Shown one piece after another: positions 26,801 through 35,783 of a DNA stretch of 64,000 bases (position 1 is the stretch's first letter; each line of letters begins with the position of its first letter). The translations under genes were made by a program, and so were the position numbers. The DNA is taken from assembly GCA_012964335.1 (NCBI GenBank), contig DTUF01000047.1, forward strand, positions 13,817 to 77,816. The letters run 5' to 3'. The notes under the pieces are model-generated. The model ran no database searches. It was given only the letters and a program-made list of their open reading frames with translations, and was not told where the DNA came from. This DNA is from Candidatus Poseidoniales archaeon (GTDB lineage Archaea; Thermoplasmatota; Poseidoniia; Poseidoniales; Thalassarchaeaceae).

Positions 26801-27007
26801 CCCCAAAATGAACAAAGCGGTGCTAATCAAGATATCAGAGTTGTATCATATGTGATTTATTACACCAATATCAGTAGTGGTAATTCTAGCATTCAAATGG
26901 AAGATTCACCTAGTCAACCAATAGATGATAATCAGTCTAATGAGGTTCAGACTTTAGAGATTAAAGGTTGGTTGAGAGATAAAGAGTGCGCAACTATCGA
27001 GCAGTGA
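23879..27007 (+). CDS. Surface protein: lipobox signal + Ig-like region + TSP3 Ca-binding repeats + PNGase F-like (peptide-N-glycanase) C-terminal domains
   Basis: 'MLVSVLLFSGCFG' lipobox-like signal. TSP3 units 'DxDxDGCxDxxEDxDDDxDG' over ~24540-25290. The C-terminal region aligns by eye to F. meningosepticum PNGase F: 'GGCHEWDY' vs 'TCDEWDRY', 'EFVRYITTYG' vs 'EIGRFITPYW', 'TGHGFGKDDANCAEFCNHEH' vs 'SGWGHAKPYDAGSRGCAEWCFRTH', 'GRAGWCAGQD' vs 'DRAGWCPGMA'. Confidence 0.7.
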   Translation: MLVSVLLFSGCFGFFEKSSDITDTIDESPLIVANDVADINYGASVHVSGSVTDELPTEARVTIAFSIPWGTVYETPDDEGNWQFSLGGLEPGDYNVSFTAVDDNDQSSDTITKSFTVHPPSEQDVVMVIWRTDIRYEVGEETSITGQLTHSTLSSCTLTYSLISDGEPTSDPINFDDSSGMFSISLGVLSGYSNGTVTANCGQYTISENSVLVSTQPLEQPISDLDGDGVADEFDDCEDGESFSSSLTTDYDSDGCYDLSEDLDDDNDGLGDTIDNCPKGILGWLSTPIVDKDSDGCRDIDEDDDDDGDTILDLVDSCLDSPYGWISNFVTDYDRDGCRDSDSDIDDDNDGIVDSLDNCPTGVIGWLPDILNDQDSDGCRDSDEDDDDDNDSVFDDNDSCPNTLANYSVNEYGCAPYEWDEDGDGVMDDSDTCQGTPSGLVVNEQGCADLDGDGVFANIDQCPNSPPRWSVDSIGCAVIQNPVTWDSGPYSSARFGKSADFNFATKYDGNWRLTSEWDGNSTYLFIFLQSSSSYMSTIWNQNVGTLLSAVPRNCHIFFGSYDSDWQSDVDTMASRVSSYKNSQNTEGKSWVDDNVHFVYQQAGSIGGGLGSVISSWSQFYYGIDRFQQWREVGSLYNWAKTFSSDPDYRFDYLAKEPQMWNAEFPVEMRKHDPAVTVVDLWDAQRHTGGWSSGHKSFANGTFPDAATMLTFNTMEVYMHHGCNERRDRYQKGDGSWGGCHEWDYDQRLNICQEFGNHSTCGDEFVRYITTYGREGRWLTDISPYLFMLKNGGQQEFRYGGANGGWLNISVYLSTWEDDGMRPTSAEYAFSGGSFRGQYNNESMYKRVHDLNIPAGTDKVVISSVVTGHGFGKDDANCAEFCNHEHRFSMNGQVTQEDFPMAGNGTVSSDREGCAKSTDMGTVANQKGSWPYGRAGWCAGQDTKPWVWDISHWVDWSGGANMLQYQGLYNGVNYVPQNEQSGANQDIRVVSYVIYYTNISSGNSSIQMEDSPSQPIDDNQSNEVQTLEIKGWLRDKECATIEQ

Positions 27008-27022
27008 AACACTCACAATGAA

Positions 27023-28186
27023 TCATTGTTGAGGTGGAGGGGCAGGTATTGATTGAGCATCAATTCCAAGTTTTGGAGTTTCAAGTAAATTGTAATCGGA
27101 ATCTCTACGAATTGCTTTGAATCCAGCTCTAATTATTGCATATTGTAATTCCTCTTCAGTGCACAGAACTTTTGTTGTACCTGCTGCTGAAACTACATTT
27201 TCTTCCATCATCGTAGAGCCTATATCATCAGCACCGCCAAACAATGCTAACTGAGCCACATCCATACCCATGGTCAGCCAAGATGCTTGAATGTGGTCAA
27301 CGTTATCAAAAAATAATCTAGATATTGCAACATGACGTAGGTATTCCACAGGTCCAACTTTTTTATTCCTGTTGCCTTTGTTCCTGCGCCCAAATGCATT
27401 ATTTTCTAATTGGACTGTCCAAGAGATGAAGGCGGTGAATCCTCTGTTACCATCAGCATTCGACCTGTCTTGTAATTGACGTACCTTATCCATATGGCCT
27501 ACTCGGTGAGCATTAGTTTCACCAAACCCAATTACGTTAGTTGCCGTGGTGGTAAGTCCTAGTGAGTGAGCCTCACCCATTACTTTTAACCAATTTTCGC
27601 CACTCCCCTTTAGAGGTGAAACGCCCAGTCGAACATCATCAACTAGCATTTCAGCCCCACCACCAGGTAAGCCATGCATACCTGCTTTTTGGAAGCGTTG
27701 TAATACCTCTAATGTTGATAGTCCACAAACATCCGCAATCCCCTCTATTTCAATAGGTGAGAAGCAGTCAAGGTCAATCGTTGGGTGGTTGGTTCGCAAG
27801 TATGCCAATAAATCTTCATACCACTCAATTTGAAGGCTAGGATCTACTCCCCCTTGCATCAATATTCTAGTGCCTTCAATGGCTTCAAGTTCCCTTACGC
27901 GCGCACTTATTTGTTCTGTGGATTGAAGGTAAGCTTCAGCATGTCCTGGTGCTCTATAGAAGGAACAGAATTGACAATTGATTGTACAAGCATTACCGTA
28001 ATTGATGTTCCGATCTATTAGATATGTAACTTCACTTGGTTCATTTATTTGACGGCGTTTGTCAAGTGCAGTTTGACGTAAAGCATTGAAATCTGCATCA
28101 TCATAAAGCGTAATTGCATCCTCTATAGATAGCCGAGGTGGATTGCTTTGTGACTGCGTTTCAAGAATATCTTGCCAGGAAGTCAA
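27023..28186 (-). CDS. Radical SAM enzyme of the MqnC/MqnE/CofH family (futalosine-pathway-like)
   Basis: 'NINYGNACTINCQFCSFYR' CxxxCxxC cluster in the context typical of MqnE/MqnC/CofH. The ~387-aa length fits. I cannot distinguish the subfamily by eye. Confidence 0.7.
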   Translation of the reverse strand: MTSWQDILETQSQSNPPRLSIEDAITLYDDADFNALRQTALDKRRQINEPSEVTYLIDRNINYGNACTINCQFCSFYRAPGHAEAYLQSTEQISARVRELEAIEGTRILMQGGVDPSLQIEWYEDLLAYLRTNHPTIDLDCFSPIEIEGIADVCGLSTLEVLQRFQKAGMHGLPGGGAEMLVDDVRLGVSPLKGSGENWLKVMGEAHSLGLTTTATNVIGFGETNAHRVGHMDKVRQLQDRSNADGNRGFTAFISWTVQLENNAFGRRNKGNRNKKVGPVEYLRHVAISRLFFDNVDHIQASWLTMGMDVAQLALFGGADDIGSTMMEENVVSAAGTTKVLCTEEELQYAIIRAGFKAIRRDSDYNLLETPKLGIDAQSIPAPPPQQ

Positions 28187-28218
28187 TATATCACCATCTT
28201 TTTTACAATAATATAAAT

Positions 28219-29616
28219 TCAGGAAGAAACCCCAATAATACCTTCTAATTCTAGAATCGTTTTAGGACAATCTTGGGTGAGAACTTCGTGACCATCAATT
28301 GTGATTAACACGTCATCTTCTATTCTAATGCCGATACCAGCCCACTTTTCATCTATCTCGATGTCGGTTCTCCAAGCTCCGAAGTATAATCCTGGTTCAA
28401 TAGTAAGAACCATGCCCTGTTGTAATAATCTTGGTTCATCATCTGGTGCATAAACTCCAACATCATGTACATCTAATCCTAACCAATGGCTAGTACGATG
28501 CATGAAGTAAGTACCTAATTGTTCAGGGGACATAGCCTCATTCAAGGTTGGGCCTTCAACTATTCCTAAATCTAGCAATCCTTGTGCCATTACTTCTTTT
28601 GCAGCATTATGGGGTGCATCAAATGATTCACCTGGTTTACAAGCAGATATGGCTGCTATTTGTGAATCTAATACAAGTTGGTATAGAATTGCTTGATGTT
28701 TTGTGAATTTCCCATTTATTGGCCATGTCCTAGTTATATCGCTTGCATAACCTGAGATTTCACATCCTGCATCAATCAACACGAGATCACCATCAGAGAT
28801 AGGTGAATCATTTTCTACATAATGCAGTATTGTTGCATTATCTCCACCCCCTACAATACTGGGGTACGACCATTGACTTCCATTATATACGAAACATCCT
28901 TCAATTATTGCTTGTAATTGGAATTCGGCCATTCCTGCTGAGGCGTTTCTCATAGCTTTAATGTGGGCCGCAGATGCAATTTTACATGAATGGCGCATTA
29001 ATTCCAATTCACTTTCTGATTTGAATAATCTTAGTTCAGAAACAAGTGGCCTTGGGTCACAGAGGTTTGCTGGACCGGAACCAGTTCGTTGTCTAGTTCT
29101 ACTAGTTTCTAACAGGGCCTTGTCAACAATGTCATCTACTTCAGATAACAAACCGCGTTGATGAAATACATTTGTGCAGTCATCTAATAGAGTTCTTAAT
29201 ACAGTGCTCATTTCATCTATCGAAACCGCCCTATCAATTGGAAATTGCTTTTCTGCACCATCTAGTCCCAATCTGATTCCAGTCCAAGTTTCTTTGAGTA
29301 CATCTCTAGGGGGGATAAATAGAATTGAATTCAATTCACCCGATGTATTAGCAAGGCAATACACAGCATCGGGACGTTCCCAACCAACGAAGTATAGCAT
29401 ATCAGATGAGGCTCTGTAAGGGTACTCTACATCTGCGCTTCGAGTTGCTTCTGGATTGTTCACGATTATTAAAAGAGAGTCCTCTCCACAAAGTTGCCCA
29501 ATGTTTGCTTGACGAGAACTGCGTTCTTCTACACTAGACGGGTCTGGTATATTGGAGAGGTCCAACCCGTGCCCATCTAACATGGTTTGCCGTCCAACCC
29601 AACTCTTAATTAGCAT
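28219..29616 (-). CDS. pepP: Xaa-Pro aminopeptidase (M24B, PepP-like)
   Basis: Aminopeptidase-P N-domain plus pita-bread motifs 'LIDAGCEISGYASDITRTWP', 'HRTSHWLGLDVHD', 'TIEPGLY', 'GIRIEDDVLIT'. Its start abuts the upstream gene's stop (TGAATG on the minus strand). Confidence 0.85.
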   Translation of the reverse strand: MLIKSWVGRQTMLDGHGLDLSNIPDPSSVEERSSRQANIGQLCGEDSLLIIVNNPEATRSADVEYPYRASSDMLYFVGWERPDAVYCLANTSGELNSILFIPPRDVLKETWTGIRLGLDGAEKQFPIDRAVSIDEMSTVLRTLLDDCTNVFHQRGLLSEVDDIVDKALLETSRTRQRTGSGPANLCDPRPLVSELRLFKSESELELMRHSCKIASAAHIKAMRNASAGMAEFQLQAIIEGCFVYNGSQWSYPSIVGGGDNATILHYVENDSPISDGDLVLIDAGCEISGYASDITRTWPINGKFTKHQAILYQLVLDSQIAAISACKPGESFDAPHNAAKEVMAQGLLDLGIVEGPTLNEAMSPEQLGTYFMHRTSHWLGLDVHDVGVYAPDDEPRLLQQGMVLTIEPGLYFGAWRTDIEIDEKWAGIGIRIEDDVLITIDGHEVLTQDCPKTILELEGIIGVSS

Positions 29617-31266
29617 TCAGTCTGAATCTTCATTTTCAAATTGCTCATCAATTTCATCTATAGTAGCATTTTCGCGTGTCCGTAGTTTTACCCACTTGGG
29701 TATGTCACCACCTTTCTGTCCCCTTGTGAACCTGAATGTGATAAATGATATTGTCACAAGCATTACCATGAAAATAGCCATCATATTTGTTTCGCCTCCT
29801 ACTGAATAAATCATTGACTCAGTGAATGATTTAGGTTCATCCCATAATGGGTCTGACTGTGTACCTTCTATTCCTACAAATACCTCAATGAAGTCGCTCT
29901 CTCCGTCATCATCAGTGACACTAAGAGTGATAAGATGAATCTTCGATTCGTCCTTTATCCAGTCACGACGCATGATTTGTTCTCTTCCAAGAGAAACAGG
30001 TTCACCATCTACAAACCAAACAAAATTCAAACCCCCGACATCATTTTCAGTGTCTGAACTATCTGAGGCGTCAATGGTCCACAATGGCTCGTTTGGTAAT
30101 CTGATGGTTTCTTCTGTTGAAAATGTGATTCCTTCAATGCTGGCAGCAGCAGTAGGTGCTAGATTATTTACTATAAGAGATAAATTTGTACTATTTGATA
30201 ATCCTGATGTATCGGTGACCCGAACCATCACATCAAAATGACCGGATTGGTTAGCATACCAATTCCAACTTTTTTCAGTACCAGCATCATGTACAAGAGG
30301 TGGGCTAGAATCGCCAGCCCTTCTTACAATGAAAGTGAAGCGCAATCCATCCTTACCCCAAACAGGGTCATCTGAATTACTTGCATCAAATCTTGCTAAT
30401 TGAGATTCATTTACTTCAGATGTACCACTTAATGCTGCGATTGGCCGTTGATTATGTAGGGCTATTGCTGTACAAGCAATTGTAGAAAAATTGCCAGCAT
30501 TATCACCAGCTCGGCTAACAAATAACCACCATCCATCATCGTATTCTGAACTCTGGATTTGAAAGTTGAATGTCTCACTGTCTAAATAGGATATACCATC
30601 ATTCCTCCAATTTTCAATAGTTAAGTAATCTGATAAGACCCCGCGAACACAGAAATGATTTGCTTGATTAGATTGAATTGCTGCCCATTCAAGAGTTGGC
30701 TGATAACCAATTTGACTTACTGCTACTCCACTAATGTTCAGATCACCTCTCCAATTAATTCCCATTTCAGGCGAGGTTATCATCAAGTTAGGAGGCAACC
30801 CATTTAATTCTGGGTTGATGAATAGAAGGTGATGTACTTGTGATACTTGTTGTTCAACATCAATCACTACCACGGTTAGTATGCAAGCACAAGGAGGTAA
30901 TCCAGTAGCGTTTATTTCAACAGAGAATGACCATGAATTTGTTGTTGGATCTTGCCAAGATAGATTTTCTACCAACGTGTTAATTGCTGAACCTTGGTAA
31001 ATAATTTCTCCAGATTCTTCTAACTGCCAGTGCAATTCTGATGGGAAAGCATCATCCCAAATTGTTCCATTGATTGGGAAATTGTCAATGTATGTTGCTC
31101 CATTGACACTTTGAATAGTCAATGTTGGTTGCTGGTTACTAATGGTATAGTTTGAGTTAATCAGGGGTTGAGTTGGATTAACCGAATCAATTATTGTAAA
31201 TGATGAAGACATCAATATGATGGACGTTAACGCGAGTGCTAACCGCCAACATCGTGTTTCCATCAA
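29617..31266 (-). CDS. Secreted PKD-domain protein with a C-terminal TM anchor
   Basis: N-terminal signal 'RLALALTSIILMSSS'. PKD-like units 'ARFDASNSDDP...LRFTFIV...VTDTSGLS' and 'IDASDSSDTEND..LNFVWFVDGE...VTDDDGESD'. C-terminal 'MMAIFMVMLVTISFITF' followed by an acidic tail. Confidence 0.6.
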   Translation of the reverse strand: MMETRCWRLALALTSIILMSSSFTIIDSVNPTQPLINSNYTISNQQPTLTIQSVNGATYIDNFPINGTIWDDAFPSELHWQLEESGEIIYQGSAINTLVENLSWQDPTTNSWSFSVEINATGLPPCACILTVVVIDVEQQVSQVHHLLFINPELNGLPPNLMITSPEMGINWRGDLNISGVAVSQIGYQPTLEWAAIQSNQANHFCVRGVLSDYLTIENWRNDGISYLDSETFNFQIQSSEYDDGWWLFVSRAGDNAGNFSTIACTAIALHNQRPIAALSGTSEVNESQLARFDASNSDDPVWGKDGLRFTFIVRRAGDSSPPLVHDAGTEKSWNWYANQSGHFDVMVRVTDTSGLSNSTNLSLIVNNLAPTAAASIEGITFSTEETIRLPNEPLWTIDASDSSDTENDVGGLNFVWFVDGEPVSLGREQIMRRDWIKDESKIHLITLSVTDDDGESDFIEVFVGIEGTQSDPLWDEPKSFTESMIYSVGGETNMMAIFMVMLVTISFITFRFTRGQKGGDIPKWVKLRTRENATIDEIDEQFENEDSD

Positions 31267-31409
31267 ATTGAGTCACTCTGCTCTATGATATCAAGGCTAA
31301 CACGATTTGTTTGTTATTTGTATGATAGTGAATGCCTAAACTATCCATCATCATTGGCAAACCAAACGGCTTCGTTGGTGGTGTCCCCAACCAAGCAAAC
31401 GAGTGGTCG

Positions 31410-34400
31410 TCAAGCCCACTGGTCACACTGTTGACCTTGGCCTGGGAAACTGTTACCTTCTCTTGGGTTAGTGTGCCATTTGTGCTCACAATCGTTGAAG
31501 AATCCATCTCCATCAACATCCATCTTTGCATCAGCACCATCAAATGGGTCAAAGCGGAAGTAATACTCCCATCCATCAAACATATCATCTCCGTCACTGT
31601 CCATGTGGTACACTTCAGGTCCATCCTCTAAACCATCACCATCGGTATCGTTCAAGACTGGATTTGTTCCGTTCAACATTTCTTCGTAATTGGTGTAATT
31701 CTCAAGATCGTTGTAGAACTTAGCACCTTCCGGGGTATCTGGGTCAATGTGGCAAAGATAGGATTCAGGATCATTCCATCCAGGGCAGAACCTATTCAGT
31801 TCAGCTGTGCGATTCAGGCCATCGTTGTCAAAGTCTTCGTCACCATCCATCACTCCATCTAAATCACTGTCCTCAAGAGCGGGATCCATTGGCCCCCTAG
31901 CTCCCAGGTTTTGAAGTGTAGTATTGTCAACCAATCCTTGAGAAATAGCCTGTGCACTGTATCTAACTTCCCAGCCATCTGGCAATTTATCATTGTCAGT
32001 ATCATCATTCACTGGATTTGTATTCCAGCGATTAGGGCCCTCCATGTCGTTAGGTAGTGAATCATTGTCGATGTCATAATCAGAATCCGGAAGTGAGCCT
32101 AACGATGGGTCCAGTGCCCAGCGGCCTCCGGTTTGTGGAAGGGCGAAGTTTGTCAGATTCATATCCCACAAGAAATATTTGGGGTCCGGCTCTCCATCGT
32201 TATTTTCATCTCCTCCAGATGCAAATCCTTGGATGTGATTATTCCACAACCAACCACCGGGTCCGCGGGTACATCCTACATCAGTACAACCAGGTGGTTG
32301 GAAATTGTTTGTAGTAACCCATAGGCTGTGTGAATTGGTATTGTCCATTGTTGACTGAACTTGCATTTCCCATCCGTCAAGCATACCATCTTGGTCTGTG
32401 TCATTGACAAGTGGGTTTGTAGCGGCTTGCCACGGTCTTGGAATGTACAGCACTTCATTCCCATCATTTAATCCATCATCATCAGAGTCTGAATCATTTG
32501 CATTGGTGACATAATTGTCTAAGCCCATAACGACTTCTTCACCATCTTCTAATCCATCAATGTCAGTGTCAAACATACTTGCATTTGTGAAGTACGGTTC
32601 ACCTAACCACTGGAATCCATCTACAGCCTCAACATAATCTTCAAGCCCATCGCTGTCTGTATCTTTGTTTGATGCATTGGTATACGTTTCACCAAACTCT
32701 CTCCAGTCGGTGAGTCCATCATCATCAGTGTCAACATCTCCTGGGTCAGAAGTAACATGAATAGTGTGCACACCACGGCTAACAACTAGAATGTACCATC
32801 CCATAACCTCAATGCCATCAATCAATCCATCTCCGTCAGTATCCGAGTTTAGAGGGTCGGTTGAGCGGCCATCAATGATACCATCATTATCACGGTCCCG
32901 GGCTTGGTATTCCATTAGGTTGGTGAACATCTCATTCTCTTCTACGATTGTCATCCAAACATAACTTCGGCTAGTGACTTCATTTTCGTTAGCTGGTCCT
33001 TCTAGTAGAGTTAGTGCTGGAATACCGTAGACATATCCAGCACTTGGTGCCTTAATCGGTACAGTTTCTTCGTTGCCACCAGCATGGGTGATTTTCGCAT
33101 ATGCTACAGTTTGATTTGACTCAACATAATCCATCAGTTCAACAATGATTGAGTACACTCTAGCAATACCTGTCAAATCGCTATAAGTCACCTTTCCATT
33201 GCCATTAGCGTCCCAACCATCCATATCGGGGTCAGTATATGCGTTTAGACCATCAACTGGATTTAAGCCATTATCGGATTCCCAACCATCAGGCATCCCA
33301 TCTTCATCAGTGTCAGAGCTCAATGGACTTGTGAAATTTGATGCACCCCAAACACGGGCCACATCGTACTCTGCGCGGTTGTTGAGGCCATCCTCATCTT
33401 CATCACCATATGCATCTGATGCATTTGCAGCATTCAGGAGTGTGTCGTAACAATACTCGAATCCATCTGGCATTCCATCGCCATCTGTATCCCAATCTCC
33501 TGGTCCATTATTACGTCCGTCACCATCCATATCTTCAATGAACCAGTTGAGAGGATTCACGGTACTTGGGAACGAGTTGAGTAGGGTTGTGAATGGGCCG
33601 TCTTTAGTAGGCCCATTAATCACTGCTTTGCCACAAACGACTTCAAGCAGAATTGAACCCATAGCCACTTCTACTTGGTCACCGATAAGGTCGCCATCAC
33701 TGTCTTCAGCCAGTGGATTTGTCCCATAACTCTCTTCAGCGAAATTTGCTAGAGTATCTGAATCAAAGTCGAGCACTTGGTCACAAGAGTGTTGTCCAGC
33801 AAAGTTCTCCAACGAATCCCAAAGTTCGGAACCATAGGTTTGTTCAAGGTTTGCTTCAGATTCAGGGTCAAGAAGCACACAATCCCAGTTTCCGTTTAGC
33901 GGGTCAAAAAGAGTTAAGTCACCTGATTGTGTTACCATGTCAAATGTGTAGAGTGATTCCCACTTATCGTTAAGACCGTCTCCATCGGTATCATTGCGCC
34001 GAGGGTCTGTACCTAATTCCATTTCTTCAATATTCACAAGCCCGTCTTTATCGGGGTCACCAAGAGGACCGTTGTCAGGGTCTGGCCAAGTTTCGTCTGA
34101 CCCAGAATTATCATCTCCAGTATCAGTTTCCGTTTCTGTAATGATATCATCTAATCCAGCGTCACCACTGTCTAATGGGTTTAATCCGGCATGTACTTCG
34201 TAGCCGTCTGTCATACCATCGCCATCAGTATCGGGATCATACGGATCAGTTCCATAGGTATTTCTTTCAAGGCGATCGCTTAGCCCATCTTCGTCAAAAT
34301 CATCTGGGTCTTCGTTGTAGAGTGTGTCATCATCTAGAATGTCTGATGCACCATCTTCGTAATCTATCGCAGTACTCATTATACTGCCTGCGATACTGTA

Positions 34401-34478
34401 TGTTCCTGCTAAGCAGAGGGTCACTGTAATCGCTACCACTGCCCATTGATTATGTGTTAATGCCATGTTGTTCACCAC
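31410..34478 (-). CDS. Very large secreted protein built almost entirely of thrombospondin type-3-like Ca-binding repeats
   Basis: Signal/anchor 'WAVVAITVTLCLAG'. Dozens of 'D(T/S)DGDG(L/M)xDGxE' and 'NPLxxDTDxDG' units along 1022 aa. Confidence 0.7.
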   Translation of the reverse strand: MVNNMALTHNQWAVVAITVTLCLAGTYSIAGSIMSTAIDYEDGASDILDDDTLYNEDPDDFDEDGLSDRLERNTYGTDPYDPDTDGDGMTDGYEVHAGLNPLDSGDAGLDDIITETETDTGDDNSGSDETWPDPDNGPLGDPDKDGLVNIEEMELGTDPRRNDTDGDGLNDKWESLYTFDMVTQSGDLTLFDPLNGNWDCVLLDPESEANLEQTYGSELWDSLENFAGQHSCDQVLDFDSDTLANFAEESYGTNPLAEDSDGDLIGDQVEVAMGSILLEVVCGKAVINGPTKDGPFTTLLNSFPSTVNPLNWFIEDMDGDGRNNGPGDWDTDGDGMPDGFEYCYDTLLNAANASDAYGDEDEDGLNNRAEYDVARVWGASNFTSPLSSDTDEDGMPDGWESDNGLNPVDGLNAYTDPDMDGWDANGNGKVTYSDLTGIARVYSIIVELMDYVESNQTVAYAKITHAGGNEETVPIKAPSAGYVYGIPALTLLEGPANENEVTSRSYVWMTIVEENEMFTNLMEYQARDRDNDGIIDGRSTDPLNSDTDGDGLIDGIEVMGWYILVVSRGVHTIHVTSDPGDVDTDDDGLTDWREFGETYTNASNKDTDSDGLEDYVEAVDGFQWLGEPYFTNASMFDTDIDGLEDGEEVVMGLDNYVTNANDSDSDDDGLNDGNEVLYIPRPWQAATNPLVNDTDQDGMLDGWEMQVQSTMDNTNSHSLWVTTNNFQPPGCTDVGCTRGPGGWLWNNHIQGFASGGDENNDGEPDPKYFLWDMNLTNFALPQTGGRWALDPSLGSLPDSDYDIDNDSLPNDMEGPNRWNTNPVNDDTDNDKLPDGWEVRYSAQAISQGLVDNTTLQNLGARGPMDPALEDSDLDGVMDGDEDFDNDGLNRTAELNRFCPGWNDPESYLCHIDPDTPEGAKFYNDLENYTNYEEMLNGTNPVLNDTDGDGLEDGPEVYHMDSDGDDMFDGWEYYFRFDPFDGADAKMDVDGDGFFNDCEHKWHTNPREGNSFPGQGQQCDQWA

Positions 34479-34579
34479 TGGCCGTAGGCCAATTCTCTTT
34501 CACGACTTGCCGTACCCTGTTTAAGGTTTAACCGAAAGCGTTTGACTATTGCTCTTGGGGACATTATCCATAAATGAGG

Positions 34580-35767
34580 TCATGCAAGGTCATACAGGCT
34601 AGAAATCTGTATTATATGTCCGTTATGAGAACAACTCCACTGAAGTTTACATGGGCGGGCTTCTGACCGTTCCCATGCGGCTGAGAGAATGCCTGCGGCG
34701 ATTGCTGGATGAAACAGTTTTGATAGGTGTAATTTCACACCCCCCTGGTCATCAATTCCTTCAACAGATGTGACTCCACCCAATCCTGTTCTGGTTAGGA
34801 AGCGATGACCAACATGTATCCAGTGTTCGGGTTCTGCAATTAACACCATTTGATCAGTATCGAGGAATCTTATCTTACTTGCTTCGGCAAATCCAGACCA
34901 GATTTTTTTCCGTTCTGAATCTTGCAAAGTTTCCCAAGTGAATTTTTCAGTTTCCATTTGGGTGGAACCAAGCAGTTGTGGCATAACACTTTCTTCAAAT
35001 CGTAGTAACATATCCCGAGTGATTCCCATCATTCGTATACCATCAATGGACCATACCCCATCAAAATCATGATGTGCTAACTCTAGCGGATGCATGCCTT
35101 CTGCAATTGGGTCTGAGTTTGCATTGTCCCGCCATCTCGGATCAACTTTCATTGCTTTGGGTATATGGCGTTGGTCTAATTCGAGAGTCACAAGACATTC
35201 TGCATTTCCATCATCAGTCCAATGGAATCTAAATCTAGATTTAGTCAGGAATTCTTGGGTTGCAGCAGCCCAACCTGCTGATAACGCGGAATGTGCTCGA
35301 TTATGAATCATCAATTTAGTAGCATCAGATTCAACTTTCATAAGTTCTAATTTTCCTAGTCCGCGAATTTCCCAATTCTCATTTATCCATTCAAACCGTT
35401 TGAGTAATTTCTTGAAGAATGGATTTGGCATTTCTTCTGAAGAGTTTTTTAGACGATACTCCTCAGATTCAGCAGCTGAATGAGCTAATTTTCTTCCTAA
35501 TGGGATACCAATCAAATTTTCCAATTCTGACAGCCACATCTCAAATTCGTTGACTGAAAGGAAATGATACGGTTCACTGCATTTATCATCTTCACATAAT
35601 AAGCCACAGACAGTAGGAGTGAACTTAGATTTTAGAAGGTTGGAGAACCAAGGAGTGTCGTCTTTGGATACTTCATCAATTAGTGGCACGGAGTACTCCT
35701 GTGGCCCAACCCAATTTGAAGTTTCTATTCGTAGTTCACAATCTTGTTCCAGCATTTGAGCTTTCAT
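34580..35767 (-). CDS. Hypothetical soluble protein (395 aa)
   Basis: Long ORF lying 16 nt downstream of the preceding gene on the same strand. No confident motif. The C-terminal 'HPAIAAGILSAAWERSEARPCKLQW' is weakly V4R-like. Confidence 0.5.
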   Translation of the reverse strand: MKAQMLEQDCELRIETSNWVGPQEYSVPLIDEVSKDDTPWFSNLLKSKFTPTVCGLLCEDDKCSEPYHFLSVNEFEMWLSELENLIGIPLGRKLAHSAAESEEYRLKNSSEEMPNPFFKKLLKRFEWINENWEIRGLGKLELMKVESDATKLMIHNRAHSALSAGWAAATQEFLTKSRFRFHWTDDGNAECLVTLELDQRHIPKAMKVDPRWRDNANSDPIAEGMHPLELAHHDFDGVWSIDGIRMMGITRDMLLRFEESVMPQLLGSTQMETEKFTWETLQDSERKKIWSGFAEASKIRFLDTDQMVLIAEPEHWIHVGHRFLTRTGLGGVTSVEGIDDQGGVKLHLSKLFHPAIAAGILSAAWERSEARPCKLQWSCSHNGHIIQISSLYDLA

Positions 35768-35783
35768 TTGGTCTGCTTACAAT

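Noticed and set aside
31283-31631. ORFs 31283..31624(-) and 31332..31631(+)
   Set aside because: They overlap the 3' end of the 1022-aa TSP3 gene and its downstream spacer, and have no supporting features.
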